A DNA stretch of 64,000 bases from Planctomycetota bacterium. Its GTDB lineage: Bacteria > Planctomycetota > UBA1135 > UBA2386. The notes under the pieces are model-generated. The model was not told where the DNA came from. It did no database searches and saw only the letters and a list, made by a program, of their open reading frames with translations. The translations under genes and the position numbers were made by a program. Where the stretch lies: the NCBI GenBank assembly GCA_965223545.1, contig OZ245006.1, positions 4,096,001-4,160,000 of the forward strand, in the 5' to 3' direction. Below are positions 1 through 10,610 of the stretch, piece after piece; within the stretch, counting starts at the first letter, position 1; every line of letters begins with the position of its first letter.

Positions 1-1
1 G

Positions 2-748
2 TTGTGGGTCAGCGAGCGGCAGCGCGACAGCAAGATCGAGTTGCTCGGTCACAATCAGGACCACCTCTACCTGCGCGGTGAGCGCTACTTGGTCTGTGTC
101 GACCACCGCTCGGGGATCCTGCGGTGGAGTGTCGAGGTGCCGGCGGACACGCGCTCCGGCCGCGGCGCGGTCGGTGAGGCCGCAGTGCTACTGCCGGGCG
201 ACCGCTGCGTGTTCGTGATGCCGTCCAACGGCGAGGGTCGCTGGCGGCGGCTCGCGCTGCCGGTTTTCGGCGTGAGCCGCGAACCCCTGCCCGGTGGCTT
301 CAACGTGTTCTTGGACGAGGCCTACCTGCTGTGTGGCTATGCCGGCGGCATCGAGATGTTCGGCTTGCGGCCGGAGCTGCTGGCGGAGCTGGACGGCGCC
401 ACCGTCGAGCAGCAGATCGAGACGCTGGTGCTGTGCGGTGAGACGCTGCGGGCGAGCGCGCTGTTGGCGGCCCGCGCCCGCGACGAGGCCCTATCGCTGG
501 CCCAGCGCGCGCGGGCGGCCAGCCGGGGGTTGGCGTTGGTGCGAGAGTCGGCGCTGACGATGGCGCGCCGCGGCGACCGCGAGGCCGGCGTTGCCGCTCT
601 GGGTGAGTGCCGCGCGTGGCTGCCGACCCGCGCGCTGCGGATGCAGTGGCACCTGGCGCGCATCGATCTGTTCGAGGCCTTGCGCGATTCGGCTGCTATG
701 GAGCGCGAGCAAGACGCGTTGTATGCAATGATGGAGGGCCGCGGGTGA
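2..748 (+). CDS. C-terminal part of a probable beta-propeller (PQQ/BamB-like repeat) protein with helical tail; 5'-truncated by window
   Basis: Open from window edge; propeller-like repeat LVCVDHRSGILRW and GRGAVG motif; co-oriented with operon. Confidence 0.5.
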   Translation: MWVSERQRDSKIELLGHNQDHLYLRGERYLVCVDHRSGILRWSVEVPADTRSGRGAVGEAAVLLPGDRCVFVMPSNGEGRWRRLALPVFGVSREPLPGGFNVFLDEAYLLCGYAGGIEMFGLRPELLAELDGATVEQQIETLVLCGETLRASALLAARARDEALSLAQRARAASRGLALVRESALTMARRGDREAGVAALGECRAWLPTRALRMQWHLARIDLFEALRDSAAMEREQDALYAMMEGRG

Positions 749-770
749 ACCCCGAACGCCGAGGAGACGC

Positions 771-1808
771 ATGATCCGAACTTCTCGTGACCTGGCCGCA
801 CTGCTTGCCGGCGCGCTCTGCAGCGCGTCCGCCGGCGCCCAAGAGCGTGCGTTCCCACACCTCGTCGACGCGGAGATCGAGACCTCGATCCGCCAGGGCC
901 TCGAGTACCTGGTGCGCAGCCAGAACCGCGACGGCTCCTGGCGCGGCAGCGGCGGCTACGGTGTCTACCCGACGTCGATGACCGCGCTGGCCGGTATGGC
1001 ACTGTTGGGCTCCGGCTCGACCCCTACCCGCGGCCGGCACTGGCGCTCGGTGCGCAAGGCGGTCGCGTTCCTGCTGGATCATGCCCAACCCAGCGGTCTG
1101 ATCACCGTGATGGCAGAAGAGGGCCGCAGCATGTACGGCCACGGCTTCTCGACCATGTTCTTGGCCCAGATCTACGGCATCGAAGAAGGCGTCAAGGAGC
1201 AGAAGCGGCTGGGCGAGGTGTTGGGCCGTGCGGTCGACCTCATCGTGCGCTCGCAGTCCACGTATGGCGGCTGGTACTACACGCCGGACTCCGGTTCCGA
1301 CGAGGGCAGCGTCACCGTCACGCAGCTGCAGGCGCTGCGCGCCTGCCGCAACGCCGGCATCGCGGTGCCGCCGAAGACCATCGAGCGCGCGGTGGACTAC
1401 ATCCGCAAGTCGGCCAACCCCGATGGCGGCATTCGCTACGCAGCGCGGCAAGGGGGCGGCAGCCGGCCCGCGATCAGCGCCGCCGCGGTCGCGGTGCTGT
1501 ACTTCGCCGGCAAGTACGATGATCCGATGGCGGAGAAGGCGCTCGAGTACTCACTGGCGCATCTGCCGGTGTCCGGCGGCGGGCAGGGACACCACTACTA
1601 CGCCCACCTGTACTTGGCACAGGCGTGCTACCAGAAGGGCGGGGACCTTTGGTCGGACTACTTTCCGCGGATGGCGACCTGGCTGCTCGGCCAGCAGCGC
1701 TCCGACGGCTCGTGGGTCGGCGACGGCGTCGGCACGGTCTATGGCACGTCGATCGCTCTGACGATCCTGCAGCTGCCCTATGCCTTGGTACCGATCTACC
1801 AGCGGTGA
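771..1808 (+). CDS. Exported prenyltransferase/squalene-oxidase-repeat (alpha/alpha toroid) protein
   Basis: RBS GAGGAG; signal peptide; QW-type repeats SQNRDGSW, SQSTYGGWYY, SANPDGG, QQRSDGSW. Confidence 0.8.
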   Translation: MIRTSRDLAALLAGALCSASAGAQERAFPHLVDAEIETSIRQGLEYLVRSQNRDGSWRGSGGYGVYPTSMTALAGMALLGSGSTPTRGRHWRSVRKAVAFLLDHAQPSGLITVMAEEGRSMYGHGFSTMFLAQIYGIEEGVKEQKRLGEVLGRAVDLIVRSQSTYGGWYYTPDSGSDEGSVTVTQLQALRACRNAGIAVPPKTIERAVDYIRKSANPDGGIRYAARQGGGSRPAISAAAVAVLYFAGKYDDPMAEKALEYSLAHLPVSGGGQGHHYYAHLYLAQACYQKGGDLWSDYFPRMATWLLGQQRSDGSWVGDGVGTVYGTSIALTILQLPYALVPIYQR

Positions 1809-1823
1809 TCCGGTGACCGCCCG

Positions 1824-4022
1824 ATGATCGCGCTCGGCTTCCTCAACCCGATCCTGCTCTGGGCGCTGCCGCTGGCGGCGGTGCCGATCTTGATCCACCT
1901 GCTCAACCGCCGGCGGTTCCAGCGGGTGCGGTGGGCGGCACAGGAGTTCTTGGCGGCGGCGTTGAAGCGCAACCGGCGCCGACTGCGGATGGAGCAGTGG
2001 CTCGTTCTGCTGCTGCGCACGCTCGCGGTGCTGCTGCTGGTGTTCTTGGTGAGCCGCCCGCACCTCACCGGCAGCATCCTCGGCGAGCAGCGCGCGCACC
2101 ACGTGGTGTGCGTCGACGACTCGGCGTCGATGGCGCAGCGCAGCGGACCCGGCACCGTGTTCGGGGCCGGAGTCGAGCGCCTGCACCAGCTGATCGACAC
2201 GCTGGCCGAGAGCCGCCAGGGCGACCTGTTGACCGTGTTCCGGGCCTCGGCGCCGAGCCAGCCCGAGCTGGCGGCGGTCCGCGTGCAGGCGGAGCAAAAG
2301 CAGCGGCTGCGCGACGCGCTGGCCGCGCTGCGCACCGGGTACGGCAGCGCCGGCCCGGCGGCCATGCTGGCAGCCGCCGGACGGCACTTGCAGGCCGTCG
2401 AGGGCAGCGGCCTGGGCCACGTCTACCTGGTGAGCGATCTGCGGGTCGGCGACTGGTGCACAGCGGACGGGCAGCTGCGCGCGGACGTGCGCCGCGAGCT
2501 CGACGCCTTCGGCGACGGCCGCAAGCTGACGCTGTTGTCGGTGGCGCCCGACGATGCCGAGAACCTGGCGATCGTCGGCGTCGACTACGGCGGTCGCGTC
2601 GCCTTGGCGGGGGTGCCGGTGGACGTCACCGTCGAGATCGAGAACACCGGCCGCTCCGCCTCGCGGGCCGGCCAGGTGGCGCTCGCCGTCGACGACCGCA
2701 GCCGCGCGGTGTTGGAGCTCGATGCGCTGCAACCCGGCGAACGGCGCGCCTTCACGTTCAGCCACGTGTTCTACGAGCCGGGGTTCCACGGCGCCGTGGC
2801 CGAGCTCGCGGCCGACCGCTATCCGGTGGACGACCGGCGCGGCATGGCGGTCGAGGTCGCCGAGGCTTCGCACGTGCTGGTGGTCGACGGTGATCCCGGC
2901 GACCGGCCCGAAGAGGCGGAGAGCTACTTCCTCGCCTTCGCGCTCGAGCACCGCGAGTCCGGCATTCGGGTCGAGGTGGTGCCCGACCACGCGCTCGCCG
3001 ACGTCGAGCTGACCCACTACGACCTGATCTACCTGTGCAACGCGCCGGCCCCCGACGCGGCGGTCGCGGCGCGGCTCGAGGACTACGTCCACGGGGGCGG
3101 CGGGCTGGTGGTGTTCCTCGGCGATCAGGTCCACGCCGCGCGCTACAACGAGCTGCTGTATCGCGACGGCGCCGGCGTGTTGCCGGCAGAGCTCGGCGAG
3201 CTGACCGGCGATCTGGACCGGCCGCGGCCGGTCGTCGTCGCCGACGCCGCGCACGAGACGGTGTCGCTGGCGACCGATGCCCTGGAGCAGGTCTTGGCGC
3301 TGGTCGGCGTGGGGCGGCATTTCGAGGTGGTGCCCGCCGCCGACGCCCGCGTCGTGCTGCGCATCGGCAACAGCGCGGGGGAGCCGTTGATGCTGTCGCG
3401 CCGGGTCGAGGGCGGCGGCGAGGTCGTGCTGATGACGACCACCGCCGACACCAAGTGGAACACGCTGGCGCGCACCCCGGTCTACTTGATCCTGACGCAG
3501 CGCATGCACCAGGCCACGGCGCGGGTGCAGGACCGTCGCCGGTACAACCAACCGACGACCGGCGAGCTCGTTTTGTCGTTGGACCCGGCGATCCACCGCA
3601 CCGATGTGTCCGTGCGTGGGCTCCGCGACGACGCGCTGGAGCGCACGTTCTCGGCGGCGATGAGCGAGGCGGCCGGCGAGACCGCCGAGGTGACGGCCCG
3701 GTTGCAGCTGCCGCTCAGCGAGCTGTCCCAACCGGGGCTGTACGAGCTGCAACTGACCGAGCACGACGGTCGCCAGGAGCGTCGCCTGCTCTCCGCCTTC
3801 GCGCCGGCGGCCGAGAGTCGTCTCGAGCGACTGTCGCGGGCCGGGTGGAACCGCTTGCTTCCCGAGGAGCTGCGCCCGCACGTCGACGTGGTGGAGAGCG
3901 AGGCCCGTCAGGCCGCGAGCCTCGGCGCCGGCGAGGGGGAGACCTGGCGCGGCCTGGCGATGGCGATGGTCGCGGTGTTGCTGATGGAGAGCGTCCTCGC
4001 TTGGCGCTTCGGGAGGCGATAG
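1824..4022 (+). CDS. BatA N-terminal domain / vWA membrane protein
   Basis: BatA signature LWALPLAAVPILIHLLNRRR; MIDAS VDDSASM; GATase-like segment YVHGGGGLVVFLG; C-terminal TM ending ESVLAWRF. Confidence 0.85.
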   Translation: MIALGFLNPILLWALPLAAVPILIHLLNRRRFQRVRWAAQEFLAAALKRNRRRLRMEQWLVLLLRTLAVLLLVFLVSRPHLTGSILGEQRAHHVVCVDDSASMAQRSGPGTVFGAGVERLHQLIDTLAESRQGDLLTVFRASAPSQPELAAVRVQAEQKQRLRDALAALRTGYGSAGPAAMLAAAGRHLQAVEGSGLGHVYLVSDLRVGDWCTADGQLRADVRRELDAFGDGRKLTLLSVAPDDAENLAIVGVDYGGRVALAGVPVDVTVEIENTGRSASRAGQVALAVDDRSRAVLELDALQPGERRAFTFSHVFYEPGFHGAVAELAADRYPVDDRRGMAVEVAEASHVLVVDGDPGDRPEEAESYFLAFALEHRESGIRVEVVPDHALADVELTHYDLIYLCNAPAPDAAVAARLEDYVHGGGGLVVFLGDQVHAARYNELLYRDGAGVLPAELGELTGDLDRPRPVVVADAAHETVSLATDALEQVLALVGVGRHFEVVPAADARVVLRIGNSAGEPLMLSRRVEGGGEVVLMTTTADTKWNTLARTPVYLILTQRMHQATARVQDRRRYNQPTTGELVLSLDPAIHRTDVSVRGLRDDALERTFSAAMSEAAGETAEVTARLQLPLSELSQPGLYELQLTEHDGRQERRLLSAFAPAAESRLERLSRAGWNRLLPEELRPHVDVVESEARQAASLGAGEGETWRGLAMAMVAVLLMESVLAWRFGRR

Positions 4023-6464
4023 GTGCGCGGCCTGTACGAGTGGTTGCTGTCGCTCAAGGGGATCGAGCCCGAGTCCGGAGCCGAGCTCCGGCTCGAGCTG
4101 ACGTCGTTTCCCAGTGGTGGGCTGGCGCTGCTGGTGGTCGCCGGCGCGCTGGCCGCGCTGATCACCGTGTTCGCCATGTACCGGCGCGAGCGCGCGTCCC
4201 TGTCGCCGCGCCAACGCGGCGTGCTGGCCGCGTTGCGGGGCGCGGCGCTGCTGCTGGCCCTGTTGGTCGTGCTCGAGCCCAACATCGTGGCGGTGAAGCG
4301 CGAGGAGCGGCCGGGCCACGTCATCCTGCTGCTCGACCGATCGCAGTCGATGGCGCAGCGCGACGCGTTTCGCCGCGCGGAGGTGCAGCCGCTGGTCGAC
4401 GGCTGGCGCGCGGCCGGCATCGCGGACCCGAGAGCCGCCACTCGATTCGAGCTGGCGCGCGCCGCGCTGAGTGCCGACGACGGCGCGGTGCTGCGCGTGT
4501 TGGCGGAGCGCAACCGGCTGCAGGCGTACGGCTTCGACGCCGGTCTCGAGCCGCTCGATGGCGATGCCCTCGCGTCGAGCCTGGCCGCGCTGCGGCCGGA
4601 CGGGCGCGCCACCGATCTGGGCGCCGCGGTGCGCGCCGCTCTCGAGCGCAGCCGCGACGCGTCGGTCGCCGGCCTCGTGGTGCTGACCGACGGCCGGCGC
4701 AACCGCGGCGCGCAGGCGGCGGAGGTGGCGCGGATGATCGCTCGGCGCAAGGCGCCGCGCGTCCTGGTGCTGCCGGTGGGCGACCCATCCGAGACCCAGC
4801 TGATCGAGCTGGTGCGCGTCGAGGCGCCGGAGAAGGTGTTTCAGAAGGATCCGTTCCGCATCGCCGCCGAGGTCACGTCACAGGGCTACGACCGCGTCGA
4901 GGTCCGCGCCAGCTTGCAGAAGGTCACCGCCGCCGGTGCCGAGACCGTGGCCAGCCGGAGCGCGTTGGTCGGCGCCGGGAACCCGGACGCGCTGATCGAG
5001 TTCGATTCGATCGTGCCGACCGAACCCGGAGTGACGACCTATCGAGTGGTGCTCGAGCCACCGGACGGCGAGCCGCACGTCGACGCGCGCCACCAGGCCA
5101 ACGCCCGCGTCGAGGTGCTCAGCGAGCAGACCAAGGTGCTGTTGATCGCCGGCGGGCCGTCGCTCGAGTACCGGTTCTTGCAGATCGCGCTGTATCGCGA
5201 CAAGACCATCGATCTGAGCTGCTGGCTGTGCAGCGCCGATCCCGAGTTCCCGCAGGACGGCAACACGTCGCTGGCGACGCTGCCGGCCGGCCAAGAGGAG
5301 CTCGAGCCGTTCGATGTGGTGATCCTGTTGGACCCGGACGCCGCGGCGTTGACGCGGCCGTTCTGCGAGCAGCTCGCGCGCCACATCAGCACCGGCGGGG
5401 CCGGCATGTGGTGGGTGTGCGGAGAGAAGTTCTCGCTGGATGCCCTGCGCGACTCCGCGTCGACCCGGCCGTTGGCGGAGCTGCTGCCGGTCGAGCCGGA
5501 TCTGATGACCGCCGACCGGCGGCTGTTCCAGTTCGGCCACGGCTTCGAGTCGTCCTGGCCGTGGACGCTGACCGCCGACGGGCGCACCGCGAAGGTGACG
5601 CGGCTCTACGACCGCACCGACGAGAACGAGGCGGCGTGGATGCGGCTGCCGGGGTTCCACCTCGCGTTCCCCGTGTTGCGCGCCAAGCCGGCCGCGACCA
5701 CGCTGGTGACGATGAACAGCCCGCTGTTCTCACCCGGCGGTGAGCCATCGCCGCTGATCGCCTCACAGCTGGTCGGCGCCGGCCGCGTGCTGTTCACCGG
5801 CACCGACGAGACCTATCGCTGGCGCTCGGCGTTCGAGAAGGCCTACACCCAGTTCTGGGTCCGGGGCGTGCGCTTCCTGTTCGAGGGTCGCCTGGTCGCC
5901 GGCAACCGGCGGCTGCGGATCCGCGTCGGCGAGGAGCGCGTCGAGCTCGGGCAAGCGCAGACCCTGTTCGTCACCGCGCGCGATCAGAACTTCCAGCCAC
6001 TGGCCGCGCCGAGCCTGCAGGTGTCGCTGGAGCGGCAGGGCGGTGCGGTCGAGATGGTGACCCTCGACGGCAACGCCGAGGCCCCCGGCGAGTACCGTGG
6101 CGTGTTGCGCCCGACGCAGACCGGCTACTACTCGGTGTCGGCCGAGGCCCCGGGCGGCGCCAAGCACCAGGAGTCGTTCGAGGTCGTCCCGGCCGCGATC
6201 GAGCGCGAGGGGCCGGTGGATCTCGCCGAGCTCAGCGACCTGGCCGGTGACGGTGATGCCGCCGGTGGCGGTGATGCGGGTGGAGGCGGACTGCTGGCCA
6301 CCGCCGCGGACCTGCGCGCCGCCGCCGAGGAGATCCCGTCGCGCCGCGCCATCGACACCTTCCGCACTCCACATCCGATCTGGGACACCTGGCTGACGAT
6401 TGCCTCGATCCTCGGTCTGTTGTCGCTCGAGTGGTGGCTGCGCAAGAGGTTCAACCTGCTATGA
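4023..6464 (+). CDS. vWA and GATase-like domain membrane protein
   Basis: N-terminal TMs; MIDAS LDRSQSM, TDLG, LTDG; GAGRVLF...ETYRWR; C-terminal TM EWWLRKR. Confidence 0.8.
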   Translation: MRGLYEWLLSLKGIEPESGAELRLELTSFPSGGLALLVVAGALAALITVFAMYRRERASLSPRQRGVLAALRGAALLLALLVVLEPNIVAVKREERPGHVILLLDRSQSMAQRDAFRRAEVQPLVDGWRAAGIADPRAATRFELARAALSADDGAVLRVLAERNRLQAYGFDAGLEPLDGDALASSLAALRPDGRATDLGAAVRAALERSRDASVAGLVVLTDGRRNRGAQAAEVARMIARRKAPRVLVLPVGDPSETQLIELVRVEAPEKVFQKDPFRIAAEVTSQGYDRVEVRASLQKVTAAGAETVASRSALVGAGNPDALIEFDSIVPTEPGVTTYRVVLEPPDGEPHVDARHQANARVEVLSEQTKVLLIAGGPSLEYRFLQIALYRDKTIDLSCWLCSADPEFPQDGNTSLATLPAGQEELEPFDVVILLDPDAAALTRPFCEQLARHISTGGAGMWWVCGEKFSLDALRDSASTRPLAELLPVEPDLMTADRRLFQFGHGFESSWPWTLTADGRTAKVTRLYDRTDENEAAWMRLPGFHLAFPVLRAKPAATTLVTMNSPLFSPGGEPSPLIASQLVGAGRVLFTGTDETYRWRSAFEKAYTQFWVRGVRFLFEGRLVAGNRRLRIRVGEERVELGQAQTLFVTARDQNFQPLAAPSLQVSLERQGGAVEMVTLDGNAEAPGEYRGVLRPTQTGYYSVSAEAPGGAKHQESFEVVPAAIEREGPVDLAELSDLAGDGDAAGGGDAGGGGLLATAADLRAAAEEIPSRRAIDTFRTPHPIWDTWLTIASILGLLSLEWWLRKRFNLL

Positions 6465-8707
6465 CCACGCCGCGCGACGTCTTCGCGCGCCTGCGGGCGC
6501 GCGCCGGGGTCGGCATCGCCGTCGAGGCGGCGGCGTGTGTGGCGGCCGCTCTGGCGGTGTTCGTCTTCGCCAGCCTCCTCATCGACCGCAGCCTGCGGCT
6601 GGAGGTGGGGTATCGGTTCGTGCTGCTGCTCGCCCTGGGGGCGTGGTTGGCGCACATCGTCTACCGCCGCTACCTGCTGCCCCGCCGCGTCCGCCTGGAC
6701 GACGAGGAGTTGGCGTTGGCGGTGGAGCGCGCCGACCCCGAGTTGCGGCAGTCGTTGATCAGCGCCGTTCAGTTCGGCGACGCATTGGCGGCCGACCGGG
6801 AGACAACCGAGTCGCGCGAGCTGATGGCCGACGTCGTGCGGGACGTCGAGCGGCGGGTCGACGGTTTGGGCCTCGACCGCGCGCTCGACGCGGGGCGGGT
6901 CCGGCGGTTCGGCTTGGGGCTGGCCGCCGCGGTCGCGCTGCCCACAGGCTGGGCCGCGCTCGACCCGCAGACCGCCCAGCTGTGGGCCAAGCGCAATCTG
7001 TTGTTGTCGACGGAGGAGTGGCCGCGGGCCACCCGCCTGGCGTTCGTCGGGGTCGACGGCGATGTGGTGCGCGTCGCCGAGGGTGACGACCAGACCGTCG
7101 TGGTCGCCGTCGAGGGCGCGATGCCGGAGCAGGCGGAGCTGCACTATCGCTTCGACGATGCCGGCGGCGCCGGAGTCGAGGCGATGACGCAGACCGCGGC
7201 GGCGCAGTTCGGTTTCACGTTCGAAGCGCTGGTCGACAGCGTCGAGGTGCATGTCGAAGCCGGCGATGGCAGCACGCCGTCCCTGCGCCTCGAGGTCGTG
7301 CCGCGCCCCGTGGTGCGAGAGCTGTCGGTCGAGATCGAGTACCCCGCCTACATGGAACGGCCGGTGCAGCCGGCGCCGGACACCGAGGGTGATCTGCAGG
7401 TGCCGCGCGGCGCGGCGCTGCACGTCGTCGCGCGGTGCAGCGCGCCGCTGCGCGGCGCCTATCTCGAGGCCGAGAACGGTGAGCGCACCACGCTCGCCGT
7501 CGATGGGGCGGAGACCGCGCGCGGGCTGGTGCGACCCGAAGACACCGGCGTGTTGACCCTGCACCTCAGGGACCAACACGGTCTCGACAGTGCACGGCCA
7601 CCGCGGTTGTTCGTGCGGTTGGTCGAGGACGCCGCGCCGCGGATCGACTACCGCGCCGCGGGCATCGGCTCGATGATCGCGCCCACCGCGGTGATTCCCG
7701 GTGAGCTGACCATCACCGACGACTACGGTCTGCGCGCGGTGGGCGCCAGCTTCCGCGTCACCGGCGACCCCGAGGCGGAAGCCGCGGCGGCGGCGGTCGA
7801 GCCGGTCGACGAGGACTGGGCCCCGGCCGACGTGCCCGCGCTGCGGGAGTTCGGCGGTGGCGGCACCGAGTTCACGACGACGGCAGCGCTGGATCTGGCG
7901 CCGCTCAATCCAAACGAAGACCCCGCTGCTGTGGAGAACGCGGTGCGCCCGGGTCAGATGCTGTCGGTGCGCTTCAGTGCCACGGACAACTTCGGCCCCG
8001 GCGAGCCGCATGTCGGCTACAGCCAGCCTCTGGTGTTCCGGGTGGTCACCCGCGAGCGCTTGCTCACGGACTTGACGCGGCGGCAAGTCGAGCAGCGCCG
8101 TGAGCTCGAGCGGATCGTCGCCGAGGAGAAGACCGACGTGGCGGAGCTCCGCGAGATCCTGTCGCCGGACGCCGAGGATGAGCGCGCGGAGCGCGCGCGC
8201 CTGCGGTTGTTGGGCTTGGCCCGCAAGCAGCGCGCCTCGGGCAAGCGCGTGCTCAACATCGCCGACCACGTCACGCAGATCCTCGACGAGCTGCAGAACA
8301 ACCGCCTGCTCGAGCCCGGGGCCGTCACCGCGTTGCGGTCGCGGATCACCGAGCCGCTGAACTCGATGGCAGCGGAGGATTTCCCGCGTTCGGCCGACGC
8401 CGTGGCGGCCTTTGCCGGCGCTGGTGAAGAAGACCTAAGAAGCGTTGCTGTATCGACTTATGACGCGCTAATTCCGCGCCTCGAGCAGGTGCTGGAGCAG
8501 ATGGTCGAGATGGAGAGCTTCGCCACCCTCATCGAGGCATTGCGCAGGGTGATTAAGATGCAGAACTCGGCCATCGAGCTGACCGACGAACGCCGCGACG
8601 CGGCGGCCGGGAGCCTGTTCGACCCCCCCGGAGACGGTTCCTCCGCGAGAAAGCCCCCCGGATCGGACGAAAACCGCAACAAGCCCCCCCGGAACAGGAG
8701 GAACTGA
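6461..8707 (+). CDS. Membrane-anchored Ig-like/coiled-coil protein (DUF4175-like)
   Basis: ATGA overlap with upstream stop; three N-terminal TMs; LISAVQF and YPAYM motifs; coiled-coil C-terminus. Confidence 0.65.
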   Translation: MTTPRDVFARLRARAGVGIAVEAAACVAAALAVFVFASLLIDRSLRLEVGYRFVLLLALGAWLAHIVYRRYLLPRRVRLDDEELALAVERADPELRQSLISAVQFGDALAADRETTESRELMADVVRDVERRVDGLGLDRALDAGRVRRFGLGLAAAVALPTGWAALDPQTAQLWAKRNLLLSTEEWPRATRLAFVGVDGDVVRVAEGDDQTVVVAVEGAMPEQAELHYRFDDAGGAGVEAMTQTAAAQFGFTFEALVDSVEVHVEAGDGSTPSLRLEVVPRPVVRELSVEIEYPAYMERPVQPAPDTEGDLQVPRGAALHVVARCSAPLRGAYLEAENGERTTLAVDGAETARGLVRPEDTGVLTLHLRDQHGLDSARPPRLFVRLVEDAAPRIDYRAAGIGSMIAPTAVIPGELTITDDYGLRAVGASFRVTGDPEAEAAAAAVEPVDEDWAPADVPALREFGGGGTEFTTTAALDLAPLNPNEDPAAVENAVRPGQMLSVRFSATDNFGPGEPHVGYSQPLVFRVVTRERLLTDLTRRQVEQRRELERIVAEEKTDVAELREILSPDAEDERAERARLRLLGLARKQRASGKRVLNIADHVTQILDELQNNRLLEPGAVTALRSRITEPLNSMAAEDFPRSADAVAAFAGAGEEDLRSVAVSTYDALIPRLEQVLEQMVEMESFATLIEALRRVIKMQNSAIELTDERRDAAAGSLFDPPGDGSSARKPPGSDENRNKPPRNRRN

Positions 8708-8708
8708 C

Positions 8709-10610
8709 ATGCGTAGACCCCAACCGTTCGTGTTCGTCGCCGCCGTGGCGTGGCTGTGTGCGGTGGTGGTCGCCCAGCCGACGGCCTTCGGCCAGCAGGA
8801 GCGCGCCCGCCTCGAGTTCCGCAAGCTGGCGGAGTCGATGCAGCAGCTGCAGACCACGCTCGCCGAAACGGCTCCCGACGAGAGCCGCGTCCTCGGTGCC
8901 GGCGGTCGCTACGCGCAAGAGCAGCGCATCGAGGAGCGGATGGCCGACGTGCGCGATCTGCTGCGCGGTGGCCGGTGGGACGAAGCGCTCGAGCACATGG
9001 CGGCGGTGCGCGACGACCTCGACGTGCTGCTCAAGCTCCTGCTCAACCGCGAGGTCGACCTCGACAAGCTGAAGGAAGAGATCGCGCGGCTGGAGGCGTT
9101 CAAGAAGCGGGTCGAAGAGCTGATCGCCGAGCAGCAGCGGGAGAAGGAGGCCGCGGCGCGCAGTGAAGAGCTGCAGAAACAGCTCGAAGCGCTGGCGGCG
9201 GCCAAAGAGGAAGTCTCCAAGCTGATCGACGAGCAGGCCGAGGTGCGCGAGACCGCGGCCAAGTCGGGTCTGGCGGCGGAGCCCGAGCAAGCCGGCGACA
9301 TGGCCGAGGCGGAGGGCGAGCTGAAAGACCGTGCCGAGGCGTTGTCGGAAGAGCTGGAAGAGCTCGAGCAGCGCCAGGCCGAGCTCGATGCGGAGCCGGA
9401 AGCGAAGGATGGCAAGCCCGCCGAGCCCGGCCCGCCCAAGTCGGGCGAAGGCGCCAAGGGTGGCAGTGGCAGTCCCAGCAGCGGGGGGAGCTGCGCGGGC
9501 TCGTGCTCGAAGGCGTCGCAGGCCATGGGACAGGCGCAGCAGAAGCTCGGGCAGAACAAGCCCGAGCGCTCGCTGGAGGACATGGACCAGGCGCTGCGCG
9601 CGCTCGAACAGACCGCGGCGGACTTGGAGCGCATGGCGGAGGCCGCGCGGCGCGAGCTCTTGGCGATGCCGTTCGAAGAGCAGGCCAAGGCGCAGGAGAC
9701 GACGCGCATCGACACCGACCGGCTCGCGCAGGAGATGGAGGAGAGCGAGTCCAAGACCGGCGATGACCAGCCGACCCCCGGCACCGACAACGTCAAGCAG
9801 GCGGTGCCCAAGCAGAAGGCCGCCGCCGGCCAGCTCAAGGAGTACCGGCCGGGCAAGGCCAAACAGGATCAGCAGGACGCCAAGGACGCGCTCGAGGAGG
9901 CACAGAAGGAGCTCGAGGACGCCCTGGCGCAGCTGCGCCAGCAGCTGCAAGACGAGGTCTTGCGCGCGCTGGAGGAGCGCTTCGGCGCGATGTTGGCCGA
10001 GCAGAAGGAGCTGTCGGCGCGCACCATCGTCGCCGACCGGCTGCGCGCCGAGGCGCTGACCGCGGATGGGTCGTTGCCGGCGGCGTTGGTAGCGCGCTGC
10101 ACCGAGCTCTCCGAGGGCGAGCTCGGGCTGGCATCCGAGGCCGGCGACGCGCTCAAGCTGCTCGAGGAGGAGGGCACCACCGCGGTGTTCCCGGAGATCG
10201 TCGAAGAGCTGAAGGACGATCTCGAACGCGTCGCCACGCGGGTCGGCCTGCAGAAGACGGCGGCGACGACGCAGGCGATGCAGGCGGAGATCGAGGACAC
10301 GCTGCGCATGCTGCTCGACGCGCTGCGGCGCACCATCGAGCAGAACGAGGGCGGTGGGTGTAGCTCCTGCGACGGGCAGCCGCCGCTGGTGCCGCTCTCG
10401 GCCGAGGTCAAGCTGATCCTGCAGCTGCAAAAGCGCGTCGCCAAGCGCACCAAGCGCTACGACGGCGAGGTGCCGAGCGCGGAGCGCGGCGACGAGGCGG
10501 CGGTCACCGAGGCCGGCGAGATCGCCCGCAAGCAGGGCCGGGTGCAGGAGCTCACGCGCCGCTTGGCGGACAAGCAGAACAAGCTCGAGACCGAGCAGGA
10601 GCAGCAATGA
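8709..10610 (+). CDS. Exported long coiled-coil protein
   Basis: RBS AGGAGG; signal peptide; E/Q/K/A-rich heptads. Confidence 0.7.
   Translation: MRRPQPFVFVAAVAWLCAVVVAQPTAFGQQERARLEFRKLAESMQQLQTTLAETAPDESRVLGAGGRYAQEQRIEERMADVRDLLRGGRWDEALEHMAAVRDDLDVLLKLLLNREVDLDKLKEEIARLEAFKKRVEELIAEQQREKEAAARSEELQKQLEALAAAKEEVSKLIDEQAEVRETAAKSGLAAEPEQAGDMAEAEGELKDRAEALSEELEELEQRQAELDAEPEAKDGKPAEPGPPKSGEGAKGGSGSPSSGGSCAGSCSKASQAMGQAQQKLGQNKPERSLEDMDQALRALEQTAADLERMAEAARRELLAMPFEEQAKAQETTRIDTDRLAQEMEESESKTGDDQPTPGTDNVKQAVPKQKAAAGQLKEYRPGKAKQDQQDAKDALEEAQKELEDALAQLRQQLQDEVLRALEERFGAMLAEQKELSARTIVADRLRAEALTADGSLPAALVARCTELSEGELGLASEAGDALKLLEEEGTTAVFPEIVEELKDDLERVATRVGLQKTAATTQAMQAEIEDTLRMLLDALRRTIEQNEGGGCSSCDGQPPLVPLSAEVKLILQLQKRVAKRTKRYDGEVPSAERGDEAAVTEAGEIARKQGRVQELTRRLADKQNKLETEQEQQ

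Noticed and set aside
771..1808. Squalene-hopene cyclase, or a thioester (complement/alpha-2-macroglobulin-like) domain
   Set aside because: Only 345 aa with a signal peptide; no DxDD and no CGEQ motif, so only the repeat fold is supported
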